A stretch of DNA of 64,000 bases from Isurus oxyrinchus (GCA_026770705.1 JANJGN010000052.1:124001-188000); one strand, 5' to 3'; positions 1 to 13,198 are shown, counted from the stretch's first letter. Numbers and translations: made by a program. Notes: generated from the letters alone by a model not told the origin.

Positions 1-135
1 CCTCTTCCTGTGCTGCTGCCTCTGTGTATTTAATGAGAAAGGGTTGATGTGTCACTGTGAGACAAAATGAGGAAGTTGGATCAAAGTGACAGAACAGCTC
101 GTGTTTTGAGTTTTTTGAAGCTGTTAACCCTTTGC
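1..135 (-). promoter_or_regulatory. Promoter/5' part of non-coding exon 1 of a divergently oriented Siglec-like paralogue that runs off the left edge
   Basis: Reverse complement of 1-79 (ccaacttcctcattttgtctcacagtgacacatcaaccctttctcattaaatacacagaggcagcagcacaggaagagg) is near-identical to the block at 25381-25460 and 48336-48415. The AAGGGTTAACAG motif seen upstream of other copies is also present (rc, ~121-132). Confidence 0.75.
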
Positions 136-239
136 GTTCTGGACTTGTGATGATATTTCTGCTCAAAAGTGGAAAGTCATTGACCAGGAATTTCTCCTGT
201 GTGTCACTGGATTTCGAACCCTCTCTCTCTCTCTGAGTG

Positions 240-610
240 AGAAGGTCATCAGTTCGAAATTCATTTGGCAAAATTCAGGCTGGCAAACCAGACCGGCACT
301 CGGTGTCAGGACTGAGAGTCCTGCACAGTCGGAGAGTCAGTACTGAGGGAGTGTTGCAGTGTTGGACGGTCAGCACTGACTTAGTGCTGCACTGTCGGAG
401 GGTCTGTACTGCGAGTGTTGCACTCTGGGTGTGCCAGTACTGAAGGAGTGCTGCACTGTCAGATGGTCAATGCTGAGGGAGCGCTACACTTTTCAAGCAT
501 CAGTACTTAGGGGCTGCTGCACTATCAGGGGGTCATGACTAAGGGACCACTGCACAGTCGGAGGGTCCGTACCCAGGGAATGCTGCACTGTCGCAGGCTC
601 AGTACAGAGG
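240..610 (+). repeat. tRNA-derived SINE remnant with internal 33-bp tandem expansion
   Basis: B-box-like gttcgaa at ~252, followed by degenerate gtactgagggagtgctgcactgtc units. Confidence 0.55.
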
Positions 611-639
611 GAGAGCAAACTAAAGTAGTGACAAGGGTT

Positions 640-2430
640 GAATAAACTGGCGATGAGGTGAAAAACAAGGAAGAAAAAGCAAGGAATGAGAGCAAGGGAA
701 CTGAAATCGGGCTGTGCCTCATGCAGTGATTATAAATATAATTTCCATCCTAATAACCGAAGCAGTCCCCTCGAAGAATGCTGCAGTTTGGAAGAGTTGA
801 TCCTTTCGACCTAACGGTGTGCGATTGGTCTCATTATGGTGAACCTCTCGCGTTCTTTTTCCAAGTGAATGACATTGATGGGGAGGAGAAGAGGCGAGCG
901 ACCCTCTTATCCACGTGTGGGAGTAAGACTTAAGGATTGATGCGAACTTTAATGTCACCCGGTGCCATGGATTCAAAAAGTTTAGATGATATAGTGAACC
1001 TTGTGAAGATTCCTTCCCAGCCCCAGCCCTCGGTAACGATGCAACGGTCCAAATTTAACTCAAGAAATAGAGTCCCAGGGGAGGCAGCTGCATGTTATGT
1101 GGAAATTCTGAAACAGTTCACAGGACATTGTGAGTTTGGTAAATCTATAAATGATATGCTGAGAGATCGACTGGTGTGCAGTATAAATGAAGATTCGATT
1201 CAGAAGAGATTACTGTCTGAAACAGATTTGGATATTCAGAAAGCTCTGGGAATAGTGCTGGCTATGGAAAGAGCAGTGAGGGACTCGAAAAACATATGGA
1301 GAGTGCAAAATGTCACCGTCCTCATGTTGGGTGAGGAGCCTCAGCCAAGAAGTGCGGGAAAATGTACAGCTCTGATGAGAAGCGGGAAACCTCCACCACT
1401 AGCAGCAAATAAAAAGGAATGACTTTGCAGAGAAAACATGGAATAATGGGAACAGAGGTAAAGCAGACAACCTCGTAGTGAATGGAACTTTAAAAAAACA
1501 ATTGTTTTTACTGTCAACGAAACAGAGAGCCCATGAGAGATTGCAAGGATAGAATCAGGCAGAGTTTCAATCAAGAGAGAAAACCCTGTGAGATCCATAA
1601 CATAGAAGAGCCTGAAGTAACAGATTCAGATAGTTATTCATTGTATAATTTAAAGGTAGGAAGAACAGAGCCAATCTATGTAACAGTGAGGGTGAATGAT
1701 AGAGCTCTCAGAATGGGGGTGGACACAGGAGCTAACACTACGCTAATTGGTGAGCATACTTTCAAATACTGGTATCATGGGGAAAGTCAATTAAATTTGG
1801 AAGAAACAGATGACTAATTGAAAAGTTACACGGGAGAAGACATTCAAGCCAAAGACATAAGCAGGGTTATTTTACAGTATGGAAGTCAATCAGTAAAATG
1901 ACCCTTGATGATGGGAGCTGGTGAGGGACCAAGCCTCCTTGGACGAAACTGGTTGAAAGATATTAAACTGGATTGGTCTGAGATCTTCCAACTGAGAGCC
2001 AGTGGGCTACCTGAGCTACTACAAAAATACATCTCAGTTTTCCAAGATGAACTCGGGGAGATCCAGGGGCTGCAAGCAAAAATTCATGTGGATCCAGACT
2101 CTACCCCTCTGATTTATGAAGGCACGGCCAGTACCTTATGCAATGTGGGAAAAGGCAGATGCTGAATTGGGCAGGTTCTAGAAACTGGGAGGGATACAAT
2201 CTGTGCTGTCCTCAGAATGGGCAGCACCAATAGTCCCTGGACCTGAGCCTGGCCAAAGTGTTTGTGGAGATGACAAGAATTGACTGGAACGGCCTACACG
2301 GAGCTGATATGAGCCATGCTTATCAACAATTGGAGTTCGAGAAGGCCTCCCAGAAGTTTGTCACAATTAATACACACAAAGGGTTGTATCAATAAACCGG
2401 TTTGCCTTTCAGAGTCTCCTCTGCAGGATC
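640..2430 (+). mobile_element. Decayed Ty3/Gypsy LTR retrotransposon internal region (gag-protease-RT start)
   Basis: PBS-like tggcgatgagg at ~648; gag-like DMLRDRLVCSINEDSIQKRLL; aspartic protease MGVDTGA; GPSLLGRNWL. Broken by many stops and frameshifts. Confidence 0.85.
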
Positions 2431-2579
2431 ACAGTGTCTTAATGGCACAGCAGGAGGCCATTCAGCCCATCGTGTCTATCCCAGCTCTCCAAATGAGCAT
2501 CATGACCTAGTGTCATTGCCCTGCCTCTCCAAAACAAGCCTGGATCCATAAGTCCCAACAAACTCGTGACCAGCATCCA

Positions 2580-3830
2580 ACAGTATCAATAATTAATGTA
2601 TGTATTGTGGGTGGAATTTTCGATTTGGATCAATAATACTAAACACTGATCACTCTGATTGTCACTCTGATCATTTCTGTTTCTATTACAGAAGAAAGAT
2701 GAGAAGGTTCTGGAAATGAAATCTCACCGCGGAGTCAATCCTGATACAGATGATGATCTTTACGCAAACTGTGAATTTGCTGAGGATTCTGTTTATGGGA
2801 ATTTATAAACTGAGCAAGAATGAGACACACACAGTGTGGGGAGAATACAGAACGGGAGAATCATTCAAAACTCCAATTTACCTTCCTAATATCCACAGGA
2901 ACTCACTCCCAGGAAATAGATTTAAACCTCTTGTTACAATCTGATGGAATTTCTTCGGAATGATCTGTCCAGGATGATTGTCTGTGGGTTTCAATTCGAA
3001 CATCCTCCTTCAGAATTGTCCCTCCCTGTTGGAAACATCCTTCTCTCCATTCTGATTGTAAATGTCTTTAGATATCGTTCGATGATGTACCAGGACAGAA
3101 CGGACAAATTCAATCCCGTGCCCGTGATTATGAGTTAATTTTCATTCTGTTATTCATCTTCCTGTCTGTCAGTGTTTACAGAATATTCACCAGCCAGTGT
3201 GGACTTCAGGAAATGCAGCATCGGTGGATAATTGGACCAGAGCAAATCCCTATAATTTATTCACCATTTTGCAGTCAAACATATGTTCAGAGAACATGTG
3301 TATTTTATGAGTTATTGTTTAATATTAGACTAATCGCAGCCTGGGAAAGGGAAACAATTTGATTGGAGAATTGGTAGACTTCCGACAACACAGAGGAAAA
3401 CAGGTGTGCTACAGTGCCAGCACTGGTGGGAGGATGTCATTACAGCGTGACATGTTTACATTGATGTTGCCAATGTCATTGTGAACAGAGGGAGCTATGA
3501 TGTGAAAAGTTGCTTGCAAATGTACGTTTTTCACTGTATCCTGGATGGCTGAAACAGCTTGGACAACAGAATGAGCTAAAGCTACAACTTACAACCATTT
3601 CAGTCTTTCAGTTTTTGAAAGAACAATTAGCCTCCATCCTGAAGGCTGAGTGAATGGGCGGACTGTGCGATGTGTTACAGATTTCAGACACCAACATCCT
3701 CGATCCTGGTTCTGCTCTGTGTTTGATGAAAAGATCCTAACCAGACACATGGATAGAAGATTGGGAAAATAAATAATCCTCCTGCATTAACCAGTAACCA
3801 GTCACTAACTAAGTTAATCATGTGAGGACA
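2580..3830. repeat. Segmental duplication, paralogous to ~14180-15400
   Basis: Long near-identical sequence. ORF-track peptides 2750/14346 and 2944/14540 are nearly identical. Confidence 0.9.
2692..2808 (+). other. Orphan terminal cytoplasmic-tail exon KKDEKVLEMKSHRGVNPDTDDDLYANCEFAEDSVYGNL*
   Basis: Pyrimidine tract plus ttacag acceptor (AG 2690-2691), phase 0, open to TAA at 2806-2808. Two Tyr motifs. Paralogue at 14288. Confidence 0.65.
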
Positions 3831-3884
3831 GGATTGTGTTGGAGGCCATTAACCCCAGCATCAAACACATCCTTTGGACTGGCC

Positions 3885-4628
3885 ATTTACACAGAAGAAA
3901 GGAGGAGGCCCATTCAGCCCCTCGAGCCTGTTACACAGGAACAGGAGGAGGCCCATTCAGCCCCCTCGAGCCTGTTATACAGGAACAGGAGGAGGCCCAT
4001 TCAGCTCCTCGAGCCTGTTACACAGGAACAGGAGGAGGCCCATTCAGCCCCTCGGGCCTGTTACACATGAACAGGAGGAGGCCCATTCAGCTCCTCAAGC
4101 CTGTGACACAGGAACAGGAGGAGGCCCATTCAGCCCCCTCGAGCCTGTTACACAGGAACAGGAGGAGGCCCATTCAGCCCCCTGAAGCCTGTTACACAGG
4201 AACAGGAGGAGGCCCATTCAGCCCCCTCGAGCCTGTTACACAGGAACAGGAGGAGGCCATTCAGCCCCCTCGAGCCTGTTACACAGGAACAGGAGGAGGC
4301 TCATTCAGCCCCTCGAGCCTGTTACACATGAACAGGAGGAGGCCCATTCAGCTCCTCGAGCCTGTTACACAGGAACATGAGGAGGCCCATTCAGCCCCCT
4401 CAAGCCTGTGACACAGGAACAGGAGGAGGCCCATTCAGCCCATCGAGCCTATGACACAGGAACAGGAGGAGGCCCATTCAGCCCCTCGAGCTTGTAACAA
4501 AAGAAAAGGAGGAGGCCGTTCAACCCCTTGAGCCTGTTACACATGAACATGAGGGGCCCATTCAGCCCCCTCAATCCCATTACACAGGAACAGGAGCAGG
4601 CCATTCAGCCCCTCGAGCCTGTTACATG
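3885..4628. repeat. 43-44-bp minisatellite (GAGCCTGTTACACAGGAACAGGAGGAGGCCCATTCAGCCCCCTC)
   Basis: About 17 tandem units. The unit resembles the CR1 3'-end motif aggaggccattcagcccctcgagcctg. Confidence 0.9.
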
Positions 4629-4669
4629 AGAAAATGTTTAATCACATTCGGACAAAGCCTTGGCACTCC

Positions 4670-4846
4670 AAGGGTTAACAGTTTGCTTTCATACTTTGAC
4701 AGCAACCAACTCCCACTTTGTCTCACAGTGACACATCCACCCTTTCTCATTAAATACACAGAGGGAGCAGCACAGGAAGAGGTCATTCAGCCCAAGCAGA
4801 GCGTGTGGGCAGTTCCTCCCCAGGCGAGCAGTTGGACAGGTCCTGG
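4670..4846 (+). pseudogene. Degenerate promoter/exon 1 copy (remnant gene 0)
   Basis: Same block as 25381-25522, but the donor gg|gtaagt is mutated to gg|ttaagt and the PU-box is degraded. Confidence 0.65.
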
Positions 4847-4936
4847 TTAAGTAACGGAACGACTGGAATTCACTTCCACCACCAACACCGTCCTTTGTTG
4901 ATGTTGTGACTTTATAAAGAGAGATTCCAATGATTC

Positions 4937-7900
4937 ACAGTTCAGCACTCCCTCAGTACTGACCCTCTGACAGTGTAGCACTCCCTCAGTACTGAACTTC
5001 TGGCAGTGCAGCACTCCCTCAGTACTGACCCTCTGACAGTGCAGCACTTCCTCAGTTCTCACCCTCTGACAGTGCAGCACTCCCTCAGTACTGAACTTCT
5101 GGCAGTGCAGCACTCCCTCAGTACTGACCCTCTGACAGTGCAGCACTCCATCAATACTGACTCTCTGACAGTGCAGCACTCCCTCAGTACTGAACTTCTG
5201 GCAGTGCAGCACTCCCTCAGTACTGACCCTCTGACAGTGCAGCACTCCCTCAATACTGACTCACTGACAGTGCAGCACTCCTTCAGTTCTGACCCACCGA
5301 TAGTGAAGCAATCCCTCAGTACTGACTCTCTGACAGTGCAGCACTGCCTCAATACTGACTCACTGACAGTGCAGCACTCCCTCAGTACTGAACATCTGGC
5401 AGTGCAGCACTCCCTCAATACTGACCCTATGACAGTGCAGCACTCCCTCAATACTGACTCACTGACAGTGCAGCACTCCCTCAGTACTGACCCTCTGACA
5501 GTGCAGCACTCACTCAGTACTGACCCAATGACAGTGCAGCACTCCCTCACTTCTGACCCTCTGACAGTGCAGCACTCCCTCAATTCTGACCCTCTTACTG
5601 TGCAGCACTCCCTCAGTACTGACCCTCTTACAGTGCAGCACTCCCTCAATACTGACCCTCTGACAGTGCAGCATTGCTTCAGTACTGACCCTCTGACAGT
5701 GCAGCACCTCTTCAGTACTGACCCTCTTACTGTGCAGCACTCCCTCAGTACTGACCCTCTTACTGTGCAGCACTCCCTCAGTACTGACCCTCTGACAGTG
5801 CAGCACTCCCTCAGTACTGACCCACCGATAGTGCAACACTCCCTCAGTACTGAACTTCTGGCAGTGCAGCACTCCCTCAGTACTGACCCACCGATAGTAC
5901 AGCACTCCCTCAGTACTGACCCTCTGACAGTGCAGCACTCCCTCAGTACTGACCCTCTGACAGTGCAGCATTGCTTCAGTACTGACCCTCTGACAGTGCA
6001 GCACTCCCTCAGTACTGACCTTCTGACAGTGCAGCACTCCCTCAGTACTGACCCTCTGACAGTGCAGCACTCCCTCAGTACTGACCCTCTGACAGTGCAG
6101 CATTCCCTCAGTACTGACCCTCTGACAGTGCAGCACTCCCTCAGTAATGACCCTCTGACAGTGCAGCACTCCCTCAGTACTGACCCTCTGACAGTGCAGC
6201 ACTCCCTCAGTACTGACCCTCTGACAGTGCAGCACTCCCTCAGTACTGACCCTCTGACAGTGCAGCACTCCCTCAGTACTGACCCTCTGACAGTGCAGCA
6301 CCTCTTCAGTACTGACCCTCTTACTGTGCAGCACTCCCTCAATACTGACCCTCTGACAGTGCAGCACTCCTTCAGTTCTGACCCACCGATAGTGAAGCAA
6401 TCCCTCAGTACTGACTCTCTGACAGTGCAGCACTGCCTCAATACTGACTCACTGACAGTGCAGCACTCCCTCAGTACTGAACATCTGGCAGTGCAGCACT
6501 CCCTCAATACTGACCCTCTGACAGTGCAGCACTCCCTCAATACTGACTCACTGACAGTGCAGCACTCCCTCAGTACTGACCCTCTGACAGTGCAGCACTC
6601 ACTCAGTACTGACCCTATGACAGTGCAGCACTCCCTCACTTCTGACCCTCTGACAGTGCAGCACTCCCTCAATTCTGACCCTCTTACTGTGCAGCACTCC
6701 CTCAGTACTGACCCTCTTACAGTGCAGCACTCCCTCAATACTGACCCTCTGACAGTGCAGCATTGCTTCAGTACTGACCCTCTGACAGTGCAGCACCTCT
6801 TCAGTACTGACCCTCTTACTGTGCAGCACTCCCTCAGTACTGACCCTCTGACAGTGCAGCACTCCCTCAGTACTGACCCACCGATAGTGCAACACTCCCT
6901 CAGTACTGAACTTCTGGCAGTGCAGCACTCCCTCAGTACTGACCCACCGATAGTACAGCACTCCCTCAGTACTGACCCTCTGACAGTGCAGCAATCCCTC
7001 AGTACTGACCCTCTGACAGTGCAGCATTGCTTCAGTACTGACCCTCTGACAGTGCAGCACTCCCTCAGTACTGACCCTCTGACAGTGCAGCACTCCCTCA
7101 GTACTGACCCTCTGACAGTGCAGCACTCCCTCAGTACTGACCCTCTGACAGTGCAGCATTCCCTCAGTACTGACCCTCTGACAGTGCAGCACTCCCTCAG
7201 TAATGACCCTCTGACAGTGCAGCACTCCCTCAGTACTGACCCTCTGACAGTGCAGCACTCCCTCAGTACTGACCCTCTGACAGTGCAGCACTCCCTCAGT
7301 ACTGACCCTCTGACAGTGCAGCACTCCCTCAGTACTGACCCTCTGACAGTGCAGCACTCCCTCAGTACTGACCCTCTGACAGTGCAGCACTCCCTCAGTA
7401 CTGACCCTCTGACAGTGCAGCACACCCTCAGTACTGACCCTCTGACAGTGCAGCACTCCCTCATTACTGACCCTCTGACAGTGCAGCACCTCCTCAGTAC
7501 TGACCCTCTGACAGTGCAGCACTCCCTCAGTACTGACCCTCTGACAGTGCAGCACCTCTTCAGTACTGACCCTCTGACAGTGCAGCACTCCCTCAGTACT
7601 GACCCTCTTACAGTGCAGCACTCCCTCAGTACTGACCCTCTGACAGTGCAGCACTCCCTCAGTACTGACCCTCTGACAGTGCAGCACTCCCTCAGTACTG
7701 ACCCTCTGACAGTGCAGCACTCCCTCAGTACTGACCCTCTGACAGTACAGCACTCCCTCAGTACTGACCCTCTGACAGTGCAGCACTCCCTCAGTACTGA
7801 CCCTCTGACAGTGCAGCACTCCCTCAGTACTGACCCTCTGACAGTGCAGCACTCCCTCAGTACTGACCCTCTGACAGTGCAGCACTCCCTCAGTACTGAC

Positions 7901-8589
7901 CCTCTGACAGTGCAGCACTCCCTCAGTACTGACCCTCTGACAGTCCAGCACTCCCTCAGTACTGACCCTCTGACAGTGCAGCACCTCTTCAGTACTGACC
8001 CTCTGACAGTGCAGCACTCCCTCAGTACTGACCCTCTTACAGTGCAGCACTCCCTCAATACTGACCCTCTGACAGTGCAGCACTCCCTCAGTACTGACCC
8101 TCTGACAGTGCAGCACTCCCTCAGTACTGACCCTCTGACAGTGCAGCACTCCCTCAGTACTGACCCTCTGACAGTGCAGCACTCCCTCAGTACTGACCCT
8201 CTGACAGTGCAGCACTCCCTCAGTACTGACCCTCTGACAGTGCAGCACTCCCTCAGTACTGACCCTCTGACAGTGCAGCACTCCCTCAGTACTGACCCTC
8301 CGACAGTGCAGCACTCCCTCAATACTGACCCTCTGACAGTGCAGCATTGCTTCAGTACTGACCCTCTGACAGTGCAGCACTCCCTCAGTACTGACCCTCT
8401 GACAGTGCAGCACTCCCTCAGTACTGACACTCTGACAGTGCAGCACTCCCTCAGTACTGACCCTCTGACAGTGCAGCACTCCCTCAGTACTGAGCCTCTG
8501 ACAGTGCAGCACTCCCTCAGTACTGACCCTCTGACAGTGCAGCACTCCCTCAGTACTGACCCTCTGACAGTGCAGAACCTCTTCAGTAC
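4937..8589. repeat. 33-bp satellite array (CACTCCCTCAGTACTGACCCTCTGACAGTGCAG), ~110 units
   Basis: Direct tandem repetition. It explains the 1197-aa and 1123-aa ORFs. Smaller arrays lie at ~9590-9980, 17476-17692, 24140-24575, 24790-25158, 42360-42612 (reverse) and 55655-56180. Confidence 0.97.
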
Positions 8590-10098
8590 CGGGTCCTGAA
8601 TCGTTGGAAGTCTCTCCTTAATCCTTGGGTGTGGAGGATCTCAGAGACTCTCATGTAATTGAGAAGTCACCATGAGCACAGCAGCAGTCAGAATAGACAG
8701 ATCTACAACCCAACACTCACACTTGCTGCACAGTTTCACCACCAAACCACAAGAATTAAGCAAACTGGCTGAAAATAAAGAGATGACAATTCAGCCTGTG
8801 TGGAAAGGTCAGAAGTTTATTGTTTCCTGTTTGTCTCTGATCTGCAGCGCAGATAAATATTAGAAAACCACAGAATCAAACAGCACAGAAAGAGGCCACT
8901 CAGCCCATTGTCCCTGTCCTGGTCTCCTGGGACAGATATCCAATTGGTCCCAATCTCCCATTCTCTCACACTCTGCAAGTATTTTGAAAGATCCTATTGA
9001 ATCTGCTTCCACCGCCCTTTCAGGCAGCATCTTCCAGATCACAGCAACTCGCTGTGTACAATAAAACCTAACCTGCCTGCTCAGTGATGGTTACTCCCAT
9101 CTGAGGGGATTTATATTCATGAATTTGGATTCAATCTGGAACAGGAAGAATTTGAAGGACGATGGGGGAAGAGAGGTGGATTGAAACCAATTGTGTGCTT
9201 CTTTTAAAGAGCTAGCACAGCCAAGATGGCATGAATGGCCTCCTGCTATTCTGTGTGATTCTGTGATATGATGAAGAAAGTTCCTTTTCACCAACAGTTT
9301 ACCTCTTCTGCTGAAACTCTTCATGTTGGAGAAGAGGAAGTGATGGTTTCCATCAGCGTTTGTGTTCCATGTCAGTTTTAACCGAAACTCAGTTAAGCGG
9401 ATGGTGAAGGTCATGAACCCACCACAGCGGCACCTCCAACACATGCAGAGCTCAGGCGAGAGGCGCTTTGTTAGCCTATTTCACAGGGTCTGCTGGAGTA
9501 GGGTCAGTGCTGAGCTTGGGGACAAGTCAGTCTACAATGCTGCATTGGAATCAACAATACAACAATATGGGGTTTGGATCAGAAATAATTTGATCCTCTG
9601 ACAGTGCAGCACTCCCTCAGTACTGACCCTCTGACAGTGTGTGTTCCAGTTCAGTTTTAACCGAAACTCAGTGAAGCGGTCCTGATCCTCCAACAGTGCA
9701 GCACTCCCTCAGTACTGATCCTCCAACAGTTCAGCACTCCCTCAGTACTGATTCTCTGACAGTGAAGTACTTGCTCAGTACTGACTATGCGGCAGTGCAG
9801 CTTTCACAGTACCTGCCCTCCAACAGTGCAGCAGGTCATCAGTACTCACGCGCCAAGAGGGCAGCTCTCCCTCAGTACTGACCCTCCCACAGTGCAGCAC
9901 TACCTCAGTACTGACCCTCCAACAGTGCAGCACTCCATCAGTACTGACCCTCCAACAATACAGCACTCTCTCAGTACTGAACTGAAATGTCTGCCTGAAT
10001 TAAGTGCTTTGTGGTGAAGGAACCGACATTGATATCACACCTTTCACATTCTCAGGGTGTCTCAAAGCGTTTCACAGTCAATGTAAGGAACTGATCAG

Positions 10099-10380
10099 AC
10101 ACACCACAGAATCTCTCAATTAATTCTCTTGATATGATTAACGCTTCATCGATCAATATAATTGAGTGGAATTCTGCAGTGATAATCTGCTCTGTCGAGA
10201 GCTTCCCAGCTTCTAACCTGACGTGGCGACATCTTAATGTCCCAATGAACAGAACAAGTTCCAACAATGAGCTGTGGTTGGTGATTCCTCACGTTACATC
10301 CAGGGACACTGGAGACTATCAGTGTGTGGCAGAGAATGAACATGGAGCAGTGGAGGGGTTCATAACCATCACTGTGGAAC
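10099..10380 (+). pseudogene. Orphan Ig (C2/I-set) exon of remnant gene 0
   Basis: 282 nt, nearly identical to the exons at 56312-59697 (CSVESFPASNLTW...DTGDYQCVAENEHG). The GT donor is intact but the acceptor has lost its pyrimidine tract. Confidence 0.8.
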
Positions 10381-10409
10381 GTGAGTTACACAGAATTGAA
10401 CGTTCTCTT

Positions 10410-11455
10410 GTTGTTAGCTCATGGGATGTGGGCATTGTTGACAAGACCAGAAATTATTGCCCATCTGTAACTGCCCCTTGAGAAGGTGGTGGTGAGCTGC
10501 CTTCTTTAACCACTACATTCCCTGTGGTGTAGGTACACCCACAGTTCTGTTAGGGTGGGAGTTCCAGGATTTTGTCCCAGTGATGGTGAAAGAACGGCCA
10601 ATATATTTCCAAGTCCCAGGGCAGACCACCACCTCAAGTTCGCTTCCAAATCACACACCTCACTGACTTGGAACTGTCTTGGTGGAAGAGGTTAAGAGTT
10701 TGGAAGGTGCTGTCGAAGGAGCCTTGGTGAGTTGCTGCAGTGCATCTTGTAGATGGTTCACACACTGCTGCCATTGTGTGCCAGTGGTGGAGGGTATGAA
10801 TGTTTATGCTGGTGGATGGGCTGTCGATCAAACAAGCTGCTCCTGGATGGTGTCGAGCTTCTTGAGTGTTGTTGGAGCTGCACTTATTCAGGCAATTGGA
10901 GATTATTCCATCACACTCCTGACTTGTGCCTTGTCGATGGTGGACAGGCTTTGGGGGGTCAGGAGGTGAGTTACTCACCGCAGAGTTCCCAGCCTCTGAC
11001 CCGCACTTGTAGCCACATTATTTCCTGTTGCTGGGTTGTTGCCAGGGCCAATAGCCTTTGCTGTATCCAGTATCATCAGCTGATTGCTGATGTCACGTGG
11101 AGTCAATCGAATTGTCTGAAAGCTGACATCTGTGATGCTGGGACCCTCTGGAGGAGGCCGAGATGGAGCATCCACTCAGCACTTCTGGCTGAACATGGTT
11201 GCCAATGCTTCAGCCTTGTCGTTTGCACTGATGTGCTGAGCTCCCCCATCATTAAGGATGGGGATATTTGTGGAACATCCTCCTCCTGTTAGATCTTTAA
11301 TTGTCCATCACCATTCATGACTGGATGTGGCAGGACTGCAGAGCTTAGATCTGACCCGTTGGTTGTGGGATCGCTTTGCTCTGTCTATAGCATGTTGTTT
11401 CCGCTGTTTGGCGTGTATGTAGTCCTGTGTGTCACCTCAGCAGCTTGGCACCTCT
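10410..11455 (-). mobile_element. CR1-clade LINE 3' fragments
   Basis: Minus-strand peptides such as LDTAKAIGPGNNPA. Shares its 3' end with the copies at 40680-41120 and 44560-45320. Confidence 0.7.
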
Positions 11456-11646
11456 GTTATATGTGAATCCTCCTTATAGAAACCTGCATGTACATGGATA
11501 TTATCAATAAATATTACATAGATAAATGTTATTTGTATAGACCTTTCATGCATAGACAATATCACTTCACAAGTTCAGAATTACTACATGTACGTAGGGA
11601 ACCATTCTCAAACTGTACCGGAGTCATTCATTGGCTGATTTTACAG

Positions 11647-11743
11647 GGCGAGATTCCAATGAATGGAAAGCAGGATTGCTTGGAGCTGGAATCTGTTTGA
11701 GTGTTGGACTGAGTGGATTCTTCATTTTCAAGTGTGTGAGAAA
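11647..11743 (+). pseudogene. Orphan transmembrane exon GRDSNEWKAGLLGAGICLSVGLSGFFIFKCVRK
   Basis: ttacag acceptor and gtaagt donor, 97 nt, phase 1 to phase 2. Same length and phase as, and homologous to, the gene B TM exon 40437-40533. Confidence 0.75.
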
Positions 11744-12369
11744 GTAAGTGTGAAGGTTTAATTGGTTGTTTTTGAAAATGTTTTCTTCAAACTTCTCTCC
11801 TTATAGAAAGAACTTGCATTTCTATAGCACCTTTCACAACCCAGAACCCTTCACAGCCCCTGAAGAGTTTTGATTTTCACCTACTGTTTAACATCTCATC
11901 CAACATTCACTGTTTCACAACTCAGTCCTGCAACTGGCAGTGTTGACCCGGACCATAAGATACCTTGTGACCTACTGAGGATGTGAAAGGAGCTATATAA
12001 ATGAAAACCTTTCTTTTGTTAGTGAATGCAATCTCTTTCCTTTTTCCATGTTTCATTCACTCTCTCTTATCTCCACTAATGCTCTCTTCTCATACACTCT
12101 CTCATTCACTCTCTCTCCAATCTCCACTAATGCTCTCCCTCTCATTCTCTCTCTCATTCTCTCTCTCTCTTATCTCCACTAATGCTCTCCTTCTCATTCT
12201 CTCGCTCATCCTCCTACACGTTGTTCAGTCTCTCACATTTTTAAGGAGCGCTGAGCAACATCTGCTCCTTCAGAAGATCCGCCTCAACAGCTGGATTGAG
12301 CAGTGAATTGAAACGCGCTCAACGACTGCTCAGCTTTACACAGGAATCACGTCACAGAGTCAGGACACA

Positions 12370-12583
12370 AAGGGTTAACAGTTTGTTTACAACACAACAC
12401 TAAGGCCCTACGTTTCAGTGAAAGGGTTTTCACAATTGTTCCCCAATTCCTGATTTGATTCACAGAGACACATCAACCCTTTCTCATTAAACATACAGAG
12501 GGAGCAGCACAGGAAGAGGTCATTCAGCCCAAGCAGAGCGTGTGGGCAGTTCCTCCCCAGGCGAGCAGTCGGACAGGTACTGG
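12370..12583 (+). pseudogene. Orphan promoter/exon 1 copy
   Basis: Same conserved block with an intact gtaagt donor at 12584. PU-box degraded, and no leader exon follows. Confidence 0.65.
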
Positions 12584-13093
12584 GTAAGTAACGGAACGAT
12601 TGGAATTCACTTCCACCACCAACACCATCCTTTGTTGATGTTGTGACTTTATAAAGACAGATTCCAATGATTGATGCCTTTGGAAGATTTCTACTGATTA
12701 TTGAGATCTGGGTGTGAGGCTCAAGTCTGTTGTACAGAACATCTTTCTGGTTAAATTATGCAGACAGGTTACACACAGTCTACGATTATATTCACTCGGG
12801 TCTAGAAGATTAAGGAGGGATCTAATTGAGGGGTTCAAAATGATTAAACACTCGATAGGGTCGATAGAGAGAAGCTATTCCCTCGGGTGGGGGTGAGGGT
12901 GGGGGTCGGGTGGAGTCCAGAACAAGGGGGCTGGAACTTCAGATTGGAGCCAGGCCGTTCAGGGGTGATGTCAGGAAGCACTTCTTCACACAAATGGGAG
13001 TGGAAATCTGGAACTCTCTCCTCAATAATCAAACCCAACACCGAATACACATCATGTTGATAGTCACTCTCTCCATTTCCATCTCTATTACAG

Positions 13094-13198
13094 AAGAGAG
13101 GCGAGGGGAAAGCAGGAATCAAATCGAACCATCGTGTTGATGAATATCGAGGTCCTGTTTATGAAAACTGTGAGCGTGGTTGGGCTTTGAGGCATCAG
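13094..13198 (+). other. Divergent paralogue of the Tyr-motif tail exon (KRGEGKAGIKSNHRVDEYRGPVYENCE...), 3' end replaced by LINE sequence
   Basis: tctattacag acceptor homologous to those at 2691/14287. YENC aligns with YANC. LINE-derived cag|gtgagt at 13198/13199. Confidence 0.5.

Noticed and set aside
2750-3138. Duplicated 64-aa ORFs (also 14346-14734) as conserved small proteins
   Set aside because: Identity reflects recent segmental duplication. They lie in another frame and in the 3' flank of the tail exon.
3822-4411. EPVTQEQEEAHSAP repeat ORFs
   Set aside because: Minisatellite with variable 43/44-bp units that shift frame.
4937-8589. CRISPR-like array
   Set aside because: Contiguous tandem units with no unique spacers, eukaryotic DNA, no cas genes.
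5006-8599. 1197-aa, 1123-aa and 648-aa ORFs
   Set aside because: Translations of a 33-bp (multiple of 3) satellite, open on both strands, with no gene context.
12246-12306. Possible phase-2 tail exon (SAEQHLLLQKIRLNSWIEQ*) after the orphan TM
   Set aside because: No homology to other tail exons, and the acceptor could be a chance match in CT-rich sequence.
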